Source: Thermodesulfobacteriota bacterium (GTDB lineage Bacteria > Desulfobacterota > Desulfobacteria > Desulfobacterales > SURF-7). Taken from it: a DNA stretch of 64,000 nt. Made by a program: the position numbers and the translations under genes. The stretch covers positions 1 through 64,000 of the forward strand of contig JBMORA010000014.1 in assembly GCA_049320885.1 (NCBI GenBank). Direction: 5' to 3'. Below the pieces are notes generated by a model that was not told the DNA's origin, searched no databases, and was given only the letters and a program-made list of their open reading frames with translations. Shown in pieces: positions 1-8,658 of this stretch. The number at the start of each line of letters is the position of its first letter. Position 1 is the stretch's first letter.

Positions 1-309
1 CTCAACTGCCTGCTAAACTATTATTATCACAGCAAAATACCTGATACGGATGGCTTTCCGCCTTGTTTTTCATCACAAAATGCTGTTTTGGCGGCGTAAA
101 ATGCTCAAATAATATTTTGACCATACGCTATCTTTCCCGTGACCTCTGTGGCCACAAGATTGTCTTTCAGGATGCTTCGGGCCGGTAATATGACCAGTCT
201 ATTCCGGACCAGTGGCTCCAACGCGGCGCGGATGGCGTTATCCTCCCGGTTTTCCTTATTATTTCTGATCTTCAAGCATTTGCGCGATGAATTTTTATGA
301 ATAAAATTG

Positions 310-357
310 ATTTATATTCAATAAATGAATATAAATAACTTGACTTCAATAAATGAA
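310..357. promoter_or_regulatory. Candidate TetR operator pair upstream of the carboxylase operon
   Basis: Perfect 11-bp inverted repeat ATTTATATTCA-ataaa-TGAATATAAAT (310-336). Its core TTCAATAAATGAA occurs at 317-329 and again at 345-357, flanking a TTGACT -35-like hexamer (340-345) in an AT-rich intergenic region. Confidence 0.6.
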
Positions 358-461
358 AATATTAGTTGAATACTTAGTGGCCATGATTGCATCGTAGCCG
401 ATATCCGTCAGGCGGAAAGCAAGGCCGTCCGCACAACGCCCTAACATTGGGGGAAAAACGT

Positions 462-2078
462 ATGCATGTGATTGAATCTAAGATTGATTTTCAGTCTGAA
501 ACCTACAAACAAAACTATTCCGCCATGGAAATGTTGGTGGCGGATTTGCAGCGCGAGTTGACCCGGGTACGGGAAGAACGATCCCAGAAAGCATTGGACC
601 GCCTGGTGGAATCCGGAAAATTGCCGGCCAGGAAAAAACTGGAATTACTGCTGGACAAAAATACCCCCTTCCTGGAAATCGCCTCCCTGGCCGCCAAGGA
701 TATGTATGACGGCAAGGTCCATGGGGCCGGCCTGCTGACAGGAATCGGCGTTGTAAGCGGTAAGGAGGTGGTGATCAGTATCAATGACGCCACCATCAAA
801 GGCGGTTCCGCCTACCCGATGTCGGCCAAAAAAACCCTGCGGATGCAAACCATCGCCATGGAAAACAGGCTGCCGGGCATCAGTCTGATCGATTCCGCCG
901 GAGCCTACCTGCCCCTGCAGGCTCAGATTTTCCCGGATATCGACGGCGGCGGCAGAATCTTTTACAACCAGGCGCTGATGTCCAAGATGGGTATTCCCCA
1001 GATCGTGGCGGTGATGGGACTCTGCACCGCCGGCGGGGCCTATGGGGTGGCCATGAGCGACGAGATCGTGCATGTCAAGGGACATGGGGCCATTTTTCTG
1101 GGGGGGCCCCCGTTGGTCAAGGCCGCCACTGGCGAGGAAGTGACCGCGGATCAACTGGGCGGCGCCTTTCTGCACTGCATGGAATCCGGTGTCTCGGATT
1201 ATATCGCCGAGGATGATGCCCATGCCATTTCCATCATCCGGGGTTTGGTGGCCAACCTGCCGCGAAATGAAAAAGCGCGGTTGACCATGGCCGAACCAAG
1301 GCCACCGCTGTATGATCCCAAGGAACTGTATGGGGTGGTCAGCCGCGATCTGGCTGTCCCCTTCGATATCCGGGAAGTCATCGCCCGTATCGTGGACGGC
1401 AGCGAATTCCTGGAGTTCAAGGAACTCTACGGTCCCACCCTGGTTTGCGGCTACGCCCATATCCATGGTTATCCGGTTGGAATACTCGGCAACAACGGCG
1501 TTCTGTTCAATGAATGCGCTGAAAAAGCCACCCAGTTCATCCAGATTTGCGACAAACGAAAAATTCCATTGGTATTTCTGCAGAATATCAATGGATTCAT
1601 CATCGGCTGGGAGTATGAGCGCCGCGGAATCACCAAAAACGGTCACAAGATGGTCAATGCGGTGGCCACCTGTACGGTGCCCAAATTCACGGTCATCGTG
1701 GGCGCCTCTTACGGGGCCGGAAATTATGCCATGTGCGGCCGATCCTATTCGCCCCGTTTTCTGTATATGTGGCCCAACGGCAAGATCGGGGTCATGGGCG
1801 GCGCGGAAGCGGCCGGCGTGTTGATCACCATCACCAACGACCAGAATCAACGCCTGGGAAAGCCGCCCTTGACAGCGGAGGAACAGAAAGCCCTGCGGGA
1901 TCCCATCATCGCCGCGGCGGACAAGGAAGGCAATGCCTATTACAGCACGGCGCGCCTTTGGGACGACGGGATCATCGATCCGGCCAAAACCCGTGACGTG
2001 CTGGGGCTCTCCATCTCGGCGGCCCTGAATGCGCCGATGCGGGATGACGAATATGGATACGGTATTTTCAGAATGTGA
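462..2078 (+). CDS. Acyl-CoA carboxylase carboxyltransferase (beta) subunit, methylcrotonyl/geranyl-CoA carboxylase type (LiuB/AtuC-like)
   Basis: Motifs NDATIKGG, DSAGAYLP, GLCTAGGAY, GGPPLVKAATGE, GAGNYAMCGR and LWDDGIIDP. ATG at 462 follows GGGGG. Confidence 0.9.
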   Translation: MHVIESKIDFQSETYKQNYSAMEMLVADLQRELTRVREERSQKALDRLVESGKLPARKKLELLLDKNTPFLEIASLAAKDMYDGKVHGAGLLTGIGVVSGKEVVISINDATIKGGSAYPMSAKKTLRMQTIAMENRLPGISLIDSAGAYLPLQAQIFPDIDGGGRIFYNQALMSKMGIPQIVAVMGLCTAGGAYGVAMSDEIVHVKGHGAIFLGGPPLVKAATGEEVTADQLGGAFLHCMESGVSDYIAEDDAHAISIIRGLVANLPRNEKARLTMAEPRPPLYDPKELYGVVSRDLAVPFDIREVIARIVDGSEFLEFKELYGPTLVCGYAHIHGYPVGILGNNGVLFNECAEKATQFIQICDKRKIPLVFLQNINGFIIGWEYERRGITKNGHKMVNAVATCTVPKFTVIVGASYGAGNYAMCGRSYSPRFLYMWPNGKIGVMGGAEAAGVLITITNDQNQRLGKPPLTAEEQKALRDPIIAAADKEGNAYYSTARLWDDGIIDPAKTRDVLGLSISAALNAPMRDDEYGYGIFRM

Positions 2079-2096
2079 TCGGACAGAGGATCGACC

Positions 2097-3584
2097 ATGT
2101 TTACAAAAATTCTGATCGCCAATCGGGGCGAGATCGCGTTGCGGGTGATGCGAACCTGCAAGGAAATGGGAATTGCCACTGTAGCCGTATATTCGGACGC
2201 TGATCAAATGGCCCTGCATACGCTGCACGCGGATCAGGCGGTCCATATCGGCGCCGCTGAACCGGCGGCCAGCTATCTCCATATGGAACATATTATCCGG
2301 GCGGCCAAAGAAAGCGGGGCCCAGGCCATTCATCCGGGATATGGATTTCTGGCGGAAAATCATATGTTTGCAGAACGCTGCCAGGAGGAAGGGCTGGTGT
2401 TCATCGGTCCTCCGGCAAGGGTGATTCAGGCCCTGGGCGATAAAACCAAGGCCCGGGACATTATGCGCCACAGTGGCGTCCCGGTTATTCCCGGCATGAT
2501 GGAGGCCGGGGAAGATCCGCGAATCCTGGCTGAGGAAGCCCGGCGATTGGGCTACCCGGTTCTGATCAAGGCGGCTGCCGGCGGCGGCGGCAAAGGCATG
2601 CGCGTGGTTCAGGCGGAGGCGGAATTGGGTGCTGCCTGCCGTCAGGCGTCCGCGGAAGCCCGGGCCGCATTCGGCAGCGGCGACATTTATCTTGAAAAAT
2701 TTCTGAAGCGTCCCCGGCATATCGAATTCCAAATCCTGGCCGATGCCCATGGGAATGCGGTCCATCTGCTGGAGCGGGAATGCTCCATCCAAAGACGTCA
2801 CCAGAAGATCATCGAGGAAACGCCTTCGCCCGCCATGACACCGGAGTTGCGGGAAACCATGGGACGGGCGGCCGTGAACGCGGCCCGGGCCTCCGGCTAC
2901 ATCAATACCGGAACTGTTGAATTCCTGCTGGATGAAGATGGCCGCTATTATTTTCTGGAAGTCAACACCCGGCTTCAGGTGGAGCATCCAATAACGGAAA
3001 TGATTGTCGGCATGGATCTGGTGAGACAGCAGATCCGCATTGCGGCCGGAGAGCCGCTCGGATTCACCCAGCAGGATATTTTCGGCCGGGGGCATGCCAT
3101 CGAGTGCCGTATTTACGGTGAGGATCCGGAGAACGGTTTCATGCCGTCACCCGGCAGGATCCGTTTTCTGCAGGAACCTGCCGGCCCGGGTATCCGCAAC
3201 GATTGCGGGGTTTACAGCGGTTTTGAGGTGCCGGTGGAATACGATCCGATTCTATCCAAACTGGTGGTCTGGGCCGAGGACAGAAACCTTGCCATTTCGC
3301 GCATGCGCAGCGCGCTCTCGCAGTACATCATTCTGGGAATCAAAACACCCATTGCGTTTCTCATGGATGTGCTGGATTCGAAACCGTTTCGTCAGGGAAG
3401 AACGTTTACCGATTTCATTCCCGCGCATTTTGCGGATTGGCGGCAATCCAACAGTGAGCAGGATCTGGCGGCGGTGACGTATATCATCGATGCCATGGAA
3501 AGTCCGCGACGGCGAAAAACCGTTGGGGAACGATCGGTGGAACCGACTTCACCCTGGCGTGAACTGGGCAATTGGCGGCTGTAA
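2097..3584 (+). CDS. Biotin carboxylase subunit of acyl-CoA carboxylase
   Basis: Motifs KILIANRGEIA, HPGYGFLAEN, GGGGKGMR, ERECSIQRRHQK, EVNTRLQVEHP and YDPILSK. Confidence 0.95.
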   Translation: MFTKILIANRGEIALRVMRTCKEMGIATVAVYSDADQMALHTLHADQAVHIGAAEPAASYLHMEHIIRAAKESGAQAIHPGYGFLAENHMFAERCQEEGLVFIGPPARVIQALGDKTKARDIMRHSGVPVIPGMMEAGEDPRILAEEARRLGYPVLIKAAAGGGGKGMRVVQAEAELGAACRQASAEARAAFGSGDIYLEKFLKRPRHIEFQILADAHGNAVHLLERECSIQRRHQKIIEETPSPAMTPELRETMGRAAVNAARASGYINTGTVEFLLDEDGRYYFLEVNTRLQVEHPITEMIVGMDLVRQQIRIAAGEPLGFTQQDIFGRGHAIECRIYGEDPENGFMPSPGRIRFLQEPAGPGIRNDCGVYSGFEVPVEYDPILSKLVVWAEDRNLAISRMRSALSQYIILGIKTPIAFLMDVLDSKPFRQGRTFTDFIPAHFADWRQSNSEQDLAAVTYIIDAMESPRRRKTVGERSVEPTSPWRELGNWRL

Positions 3585-3618
3585 AATTCGGTTCAGACCC
3601 TTTTGGGAAGGCGGATAC

Positions 3619-4152
3619 ATGGAATACAAACTGCAGATCGGGCGGGAGGAACTGTCCGCCGAAATCATAGATGAACAGGAGCGACGATTGCGCCTGCGGC
3701 TGGACGGAATCGGTTATGAGATCGAATACGAGATCCTTTCAGACAACTGGTATCATCTTGCGTTGAACCGGGAAGGGCGTTCCGTACGGCTGAATGCCTT
3801 TGTACTGGACGATCCCGATGGAAAAACCGTGGTGATCAATGGAAGATCCTATACGGTCCAGGATACCGATCAGCTCGTCAGGCGCGTTCAAAAAAACGGA
3901 TCGCCCCAACAGCCGGATCGCATTACCCCACCCATGCCGGCGGTGGTGGTCGCCGTTCCGGTTTCCAAGGGTCAACGGGTCAAAAAGGGTCAGGCCGTCA
4001 TGGTGGTGAGCGCCATGAAAATGGAGACCACCTTGTGCGCGCCTTTCGACGGCACGGTGGTCAAAATCAACGCGGCTGTCAACGACAAGGTGTCGCCGGG
4101 ACAGCTCCTGGTGGAAATTCAGCAAGAAGAAAATGTGCCGGAAAGCCGGTAA
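3619..4152 (+). CDS. Biotin carboxyl carrier protein (biotinyl domain plus N-terminal BT-like domain)
   Basis: Biotinylation motif SAMKME, preceded by PPMPAVV. ATG at 3619 follows GGAAGG. Confidence 0.9.
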   Translation: MEYKLQIGREELSAEIIDEQERRLRLRLDGIGYEIEYEILSDNWYHLALNREGRSVRLNAFVLDDPDGKTVVINGRSYTVQDTDQLVRRVQKNGSPQQPDRITPPMPAVVVAVPVSKGQRVKKGQAVMVVSAMKMETTLCAPFDGTVVKINAAVNDKVSPGQLLVEIQQEENVPESR

Positions 4153-4209
4153 ATCGGCTTGTTTTCCAAAACAGCGGGTCGATCCAAAATGGAAAAGGAG
4201 ACCAAATTC

Positions 4210-4983
4210 ATGAATACCCCCGATCTCATTTATCAGGTCAGGGAAGGCGTCGGCTATTTCACCATCAACCGTGAACAACAGCGCAACACCATCAGTGTCC
4301 AGGCCCTTGAGCTGTTTCTGAAGCACCTGGAAGAAGCCCGTGGGGATGAAAATGTCCGGGTAATTTGTGTTACCGGTTCCGGGGAGCGGACCTTTTGCGC
4401 CGGCGCCGACCTTGGGGCCGGCATGGGCAGCGGTGACGGCATGGCGGCGTTTAAAAACTACGCGTTGCTGCTGAAAAGACTAGCCGGATTTTCAAAGCCC
4501 ACGGTGGCACGGGTAAACGGCGCCTGTGTCGCGGGAGGAACCGGTTTCATGCTGGCCTGCGATATCGTCATCGCCGGCAGTCATTCCACTTTCGGAACGC
4601 CGGAGGTGAATGTGGGTCTTTTCCCCATGATGATCGGCGCCTTGATTTTCCGGAATGTTCTGCGGAAAAAAGCCATGGAGATGATATTGCTGGGTGAAAA
4701 ACTCACTGCCTTGCAGGCCCTTGAAATGGGGCTGATCACGCGCATGGTGGCCCCGGAAGCGCTGGACTCGGAAGTGGACAAGGTGTTGCAGATTTTGTTA
4801 CGGAAAAGCCCCATCGGCATGAAGATCGGCAAGGAGGCGTTTTATGCCGCAGCCGATATGGCGCTTGAGCCGGCCCTGGATCTGTTGGCGGAGAAACTGG
4901 TTGCCGTGGCTTCCACCCAGGATGCCCGGGAAGGAATAATGGCCTTTCTCGAAAAGCGGGAGCCCCGCTTTTCGGGAAAATGA
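4210..4983 (+). CDS. Enoyl-CoA hydratase/crotonase family (methylglutaconyl-/isohexenylglutaconyl-CoA hydratase-like)
   Basis: Motifs FCAGADL, KPTVARVNG..AGG, PEVNVGLFP and EGIMAFLEKR. AAGGAG precedes ATG 4210. Confidence 0.9.
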   Translation: MNTPDLIYQVREGVGYFTINREQQRNTISVQALELFLKHLEEARGDENVRVICVTGSGERTFCAGADLGAGMGSGDGMAAFKNYALLLKRLAGFSKPTVARVNGACVAGGTGFMLACDIVIAGSHSTFGTPEVNVGLFPMMIGALIFRNVLRKKAMEMILLGEKLTALQALEMGLITRMVAPEALDSEVDKVLQILLRKSPIGMKIGKEAFYAAADMALEPALDLLAEKLVAVASTQDAREGIMAFLEKREPRFSGK

Positions 4984-5009
4984 TATGGCGATTCAAGAAG
5001 GAGGAAGGA

Positions 5010-5894
5010 ATGGTTCTTACAGATAAAGTGGTCGTCACCTGCGCCATTACGGGGGTGCTGACGGACCCGAGTCGTTTCAACGTTCCCGTGACCCCGGAAC
5101 AAATGGCGGCGGCCGCCAGGCAGGCATTCGATGCCGGCGCCACCATTGTTCATGCCCATTTCCGCTCCCAGCAACCCGGAGCAGGCGCTTGGCCCACCTG
5201 GGATTTGAAGGAAGTCGGCGAGATTCTGGCGGCCATTAAAACCAGCGTGCCGGAGCTGATCATCAACATGAGCACCGGGGTCGTGGGGCCGGATATCTCA
5301 GGTCCCCTCGCCTGCCTGGAAGCCTTTGCACCGGACATGGCCGCCTGCAACGCCGGATCGTTGAACTACCTGAAGATCCGACAGGACGGTGTCTGGGCCT
5401 GGACGCCGATACTTTTTGACAATCCGGTGGAGAAGGTGAAGAAATTTCTGGATGTGATGACGGCCCATGAGATCATTCCGGAGTTTGAATGTTTCGACAC
5501 CGGTATCGTTCGCAGCGTGGGTATGTATCAAGCCGCCGGAATGTTCAGGGGAGATCCGCATCTTTCCTTTGTCATGGGAGTGGACTCCGGCATGCCGGCC
5601 AGGGGCGATCTGCTGCCCATACTGAAAGAAGAGCTGCCGCCGAATGCCCACTGGCAGGTGATCGCCACCGGACCGGGCCGGGAGAAGATCTGGGAGCTTC
5701 ACCGCAAATGCATTGAGCTCGGCGGCAATGTCCGGACCGGTCTGGAGGACACCTTTTATCTGCCCAGCGGTGAAAAGGCCACGGACAACGGACAGCTGGT
5801 GGAAGCCCTGGTGGCGATTGTCCGCGAATCGGGAAAAGAACCGGCAACGGCTGCCGAGGCCAGACAAATTTTGGGGATACACGACAGGAGGTGA
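5010..5894 (+). CDS. Beta-keto acid cleavage enzyme (BKACE/DUF849, Kce family)
   Basis: Motifs VTCAITG, P.TPEQ, metal-binding HAH, PEFECFDTG and GGNVRTGLED. SD GGAGG. Confidence 0.9.
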   Translation: MVLTDKVVVTCAITGVLTDPSRFNVPVTPEQMAAAARQAFDAGATIVHAHFRSQQPGAGAWPTWDLKEVGEILAAIKTSVPELIINMSTGVVGPDISGPLACLEAFAPDMAACNAGSLNYLKIRQDGVWAWTPILFDNPVEKVKKFLDVMTAHEIIPEFECFDTGIVRSVGMYQAAGMFRGDPHLSFVMGVDSGMPARGDLLPILKEELPPNAHWQVIATGPGREKIWELHRKCIELGGNVRTGLEDTFYLPSGEKATDNGQLVEALVAIVRESGKEPATAAEARQILGIHDRR

Positions 5895-5897
5895 GTG

Positions 5898-7049
5898 GTG
5901 GCAAAAGACTTGTATTTCAATAAGGAAGCCAATATGGTGCGGCAGGCGGTGCGGGATTTCGTGAACCGGGAAATCAATCCCCATGTGGACGAATGGGAGG
6001 AAAGCGGTTGCATTCCCCTGCACGATTTGTTCAAGAAAATGGGTGATCTCGGGTTTCTGGGCATCCGGTACGAGACCAAGTACGGGGGGCAGAATATGGA
6101 TTTCTGGGCCGAGACGGCTTTTATCGAGGAACTGGCCGCCATTGATTGCGGCGGGGTTCCCATGGCCATCACGGTGCAGACCAATATGGCCACGCCGGCC
6201 ATTGCCGAGTTCGGCAGTGAATACCTGAAGGAAACCTATCTCAAACCCGCCATCGCCGGTGACGTGGTGGCCGCCATTGCCGTCACCGAACCCGGCGCCG
6301 GATCAGACGTGGCCGCGATCAGCACCTACGCCCGGAAGGAAGGAGATCATTATATCCTGAACGGATCCAAAACCTACATCACCAACGGCACCCAGGCGGA
6401 TTTCCTGACGCTTCTGGCCCGCACCAGCGACGATCCCGGGCACCATTGTTTTTCCTTGTTCGTCGTGCCCACGAATCTTCCCGGCTTTGTCGTCAGCAAA
6501 AAACTCGACAAACTGGGCATGCGCTCCTCGGATACTGCGGAGCTGTTTTTCGACGACATGAAGATCCCGGTTGAAAATCTGATCGGTGTGGAAGGCAACG
6601 GTTTTATACAGCAGATGCAGCAATTTCAGCATGAACGTTTCGCGGTGCTGCCCATGGCCTATGTTTCCGCCAAAAAAATCATCGACCGGACCGCTGAATT
6701 TCTCAAAGGGCGCGTGGTGTTCGGCAAACCCCTGATCACCAAACAAGTGCTGCGTCATCGCATGGCCGAATGGCTGGCCGAAACCGAAGCCTTGCGTCAG
6801 CTGTGCTACCATATCGTGAGGATGAAGGAAAACCACCAGGATGTCACCCGTGAGATTTCCATGGGGAAACTGTTGGCCGGCAACCTGATGAACAAGGTCA
6901 CGGATGGTTGTCTCCAGATGCACGGCGGCTTGGGATTCATGAATGAAATGTGGATTTCGCGGGCCTATCGGGATTCCCGGCTGCTGGCCATCGGCGGCGG
7001 AGCCAGTGAAGTCATGAGCGAGATTATTTTCAAACTAACCGGATACTAA
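5898..7049 (+). CDS. Acyl-CoA dehydrogenase, citronellyl-CoA dehydrogenase (AtuD)/isovaleryl-type
   Basis: Motifs TEPGAGSD, NGSKTYITNG, KLGMRSSDT and QMHGG.G. The C-terminal loop reads AIGGG (no Glu) and there is a Glu in QFQHER, the IVD/LCAD/AtuD arrangement. AGGAGG precedes GTG. Confidence 0.88.
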   Translation: MAKDLYFNKEANMVRQAVRDFVNREINPHVDEWEESGCIPLHDLFKKMGDLGFLGIRYETKYGGQNMDFWAETAFIEELAAIDCGGVPMAITVQTNMATPAIAEFGSEYLKETYLKPAIAGDVVAAIAVTEPGAGSDVAAISTYARKEGDHYILNGSKTYITNGTQADFLTLLARTSDDPGHHCFSLFVVPTNLPGFVVSKKLDKLGMRSSDTAELFFDDMKIPVENLIGVEGNGFIQQMQQFQHERFAVLPMAYVSAKKIIDRTAEFLKGRVVFGKPLITKQVLRHRMAEWLAETEALRQLCYHIVRMKENHQDVTREISMGKLLAGNLMNKVTDGCLQMHGGLGFMNEMWISRAYRDSRLLAIGGGASEVMSEIIFKLTGY

Positions 7050-7063
7050 TCATACATCGAATC

Positions 7064-7735
7064 ATGAAGCAATCAACGGCACACAGCCGGCAATCCGCCA
7101 GCTTCCTGCGCAGGGAACGGGAAAAGCAGCTTCGCAGACAGACCATTCTCCAGGCCGCGGAAACCCTGTTCGCCCGCAATGGATACCGCAAGACCAAGAT
7201 CGAAGATATCGCCGACCGGGCGGAGGTTTCCGTCGGCACCGTCTACGGATATTTTCAGAACAAGGAAGAACTGTTGGTGGCCGTCTTGGATGACATCGGT
7301 CTTTTTATCCGCCAAGTGGCGGGCAAAGCCTTTACCGAGGCCGGCTCAACCCTGGAGGGCATTGAAAAGGCGGGTCTCGCGTTTTTTGAAGAACTCTGCC
7401 GATCCCATCCGGACAAGGCGTTGCTGCTGTATGATGAGGCCATCGGGGTCAGTGATCAGTTCATCAGCGCTCGCCGAAATTTCCTGCTGAAAATGACCGC
7501 GGATGTCCAGCATGCATTGCTCCAGGTGAAGGACGGACTGGGGTTGAAATTTGCGTCCGGTCTGTCGGCGGAAGTCGTTTCCGTTTGCACCACGGCCATC
7601 TTCACCTGGCTCGGAATGTATTATAAGATTTGGCGTCGCCGGCCGGAGGAAATCACGAATATTGGCAGGGAAACGGTTACCTATATCGTCGGCGGTATCA
7701 GAAGTCTGATCACCGTCAAGGAATCAGGGAGCTAA
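7064..7735 (+). CDS. TetR/AcrR family transcriptional regulator
   Basis: N-terminal HTH ILQAAETLFARNGY..TKIEDIADRAEVSVGTVYGYFQNKEELL. Confidence 0.92.
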   Translation: MKQSTAHSRQSASFLRREREKQLRRQTILQAAETLFARNGYRKTKIEDIADRAEVSVGTVYGYFQNKEELLVAVLDDIGLFIRQVAGKAFTEAGSTLEGIEKAGLAFFEELCRSHPDKALLLYDEAIGVSDQFISARRNFLLKMTADVQHALLQVKDGLGLKFASGLSAEVVSVCTTAIFTWLGMYYKIWRRRPEEITNIGRETVTYIVGGIRSLITVKESGS

Positions 7736-7739
7736 AAAA

Positions 7740-8558
7740 ATGAAATCGATTTGCCGGGATTTGCAGGACGAATATGAGGATTTGGACACCCGGGTGTCCA
7801 AACTCGATGCAGGCGGATGGTCAATGAAAACCCTTTGCGCGGGCTGGACGGTGAAAGATCAGATTTGCCACATCGCTTATTTCGATGCCGCCGCTTTTGA
7901 AGCGATAAACGATGCCGCAGCCTTTGCCAAAAGTGCCGAAGCTCTGTTCCGGGATCTGGACAGCTTCGAGGCGTTCAACCAAAAAACTCTGAGCCGGGGC
8001 CGGCAAATGAACCCTGCCGAGCTGCTTTCCTGGTGGCGCCGGGAGCGCGGAGCATTGCTCAACGCCCTGCTTCGCCTTGAGCCGAAAGACCGGATACCCT
8101 GGTATGGCCCGCCCATGAGCGCCAAATCATTTGCCACGGCCCGGTTGATGGAAACCTGGGCCCATGGTCAGGATGTGAACGATGCGCTTGGCAGCCGACG
8201 CATTGCGGGCGATCGGTTGCGACACATCGCCCATTTGGGGGTGAAAACCTTCGGCTGGAGTTTTGCGAACCGCGGCCTGGGTATTCCGGATAAACCTGTA
8301 CGGGTGGAACTCATCGCCCCTTCCGGAGTTATGTGGGAATGGGGACCGCCCGGTGTCGAAGATTCGGTGCGTGGTTTGGCGGAAGAATTCTGTCTGGTGG
8401 TCACCCAACGCCGACATTACCAGGATACAAACCTTGAGATCCGGGGAGTCGTGGCGGAAGAATGGATGCGGAAAGCCCAGGCATTCGCGGGTCCTCCGGA
8501 CAATGGTCCGCCGCCGGGCATGTTTCCCCGAACCGAATCCGATCCGCGGAAAAAATAG
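7740..8558 (+). CDS. TIGR03084-like metal-binding protein (DinB/maleylpyruvate-isomerase N-domain)
   Basis: Motifs GWTVKDQICHIA, PWYGPPMSA.S.ATARLMETWAHGQD, F..VTQRRH and AQAFAGPP. Confidence 0.8.
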   Translation: MKSICRDLQDEYEDLDTRVSKLDAGGWSMKTLCAGWTVKDQICHIAYFDAAAFEAINDAAAFAKSAEALFRDLDSFEAFNQKTLSRGRQMNPAELLSWWRRERGALLNALLRLEPKDRIPWYGPPMSAKSFATARLMETWAHGQDVNDALGSRRIAGDRLRHIAHLGVKTFGWSFANRGLGIPDKPVRVELIAPSGVMWEWGPPGVEDSVRGLAEEFCLVVTQRRHYQDTNLEIRGVVAEEWMRKAQAFAGPPDNGPPPGMFPRTESDPRKK

Positions 8559-8658
8559 CCTCTTCACGACGCCTCTCGCCAAGGCATATTACCATCAAGG
8601 ACGCGGGGAATACCGGCTCCAAACCGGCTCCCGACGACGTTCCGGAAAAGGAGAAAAC

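Noticed and set aside
645..3095. 816-aa antisense ORF
   Set aside because: It is a shadow of the two carboxylase genes, has no motifs, and long antisense frames are common in GC-rich coding DNA.
3490..3618. Possible frameshift splitting a fused biotin carboxylase-BCCP
   Set aside because: The carboxylase ends in a natural-looking PW..LG.WR terminus and the BCCP gene has its own SD and ATG, so this is a genuine two-gene arrangement.
8263..8658. 132-aa N-terminal extension of the flavoenzyme ORF
   Set aside because: It overlaps the upstream gene. The family-typical start MYRHLFSPI has a strong SD at 8659.
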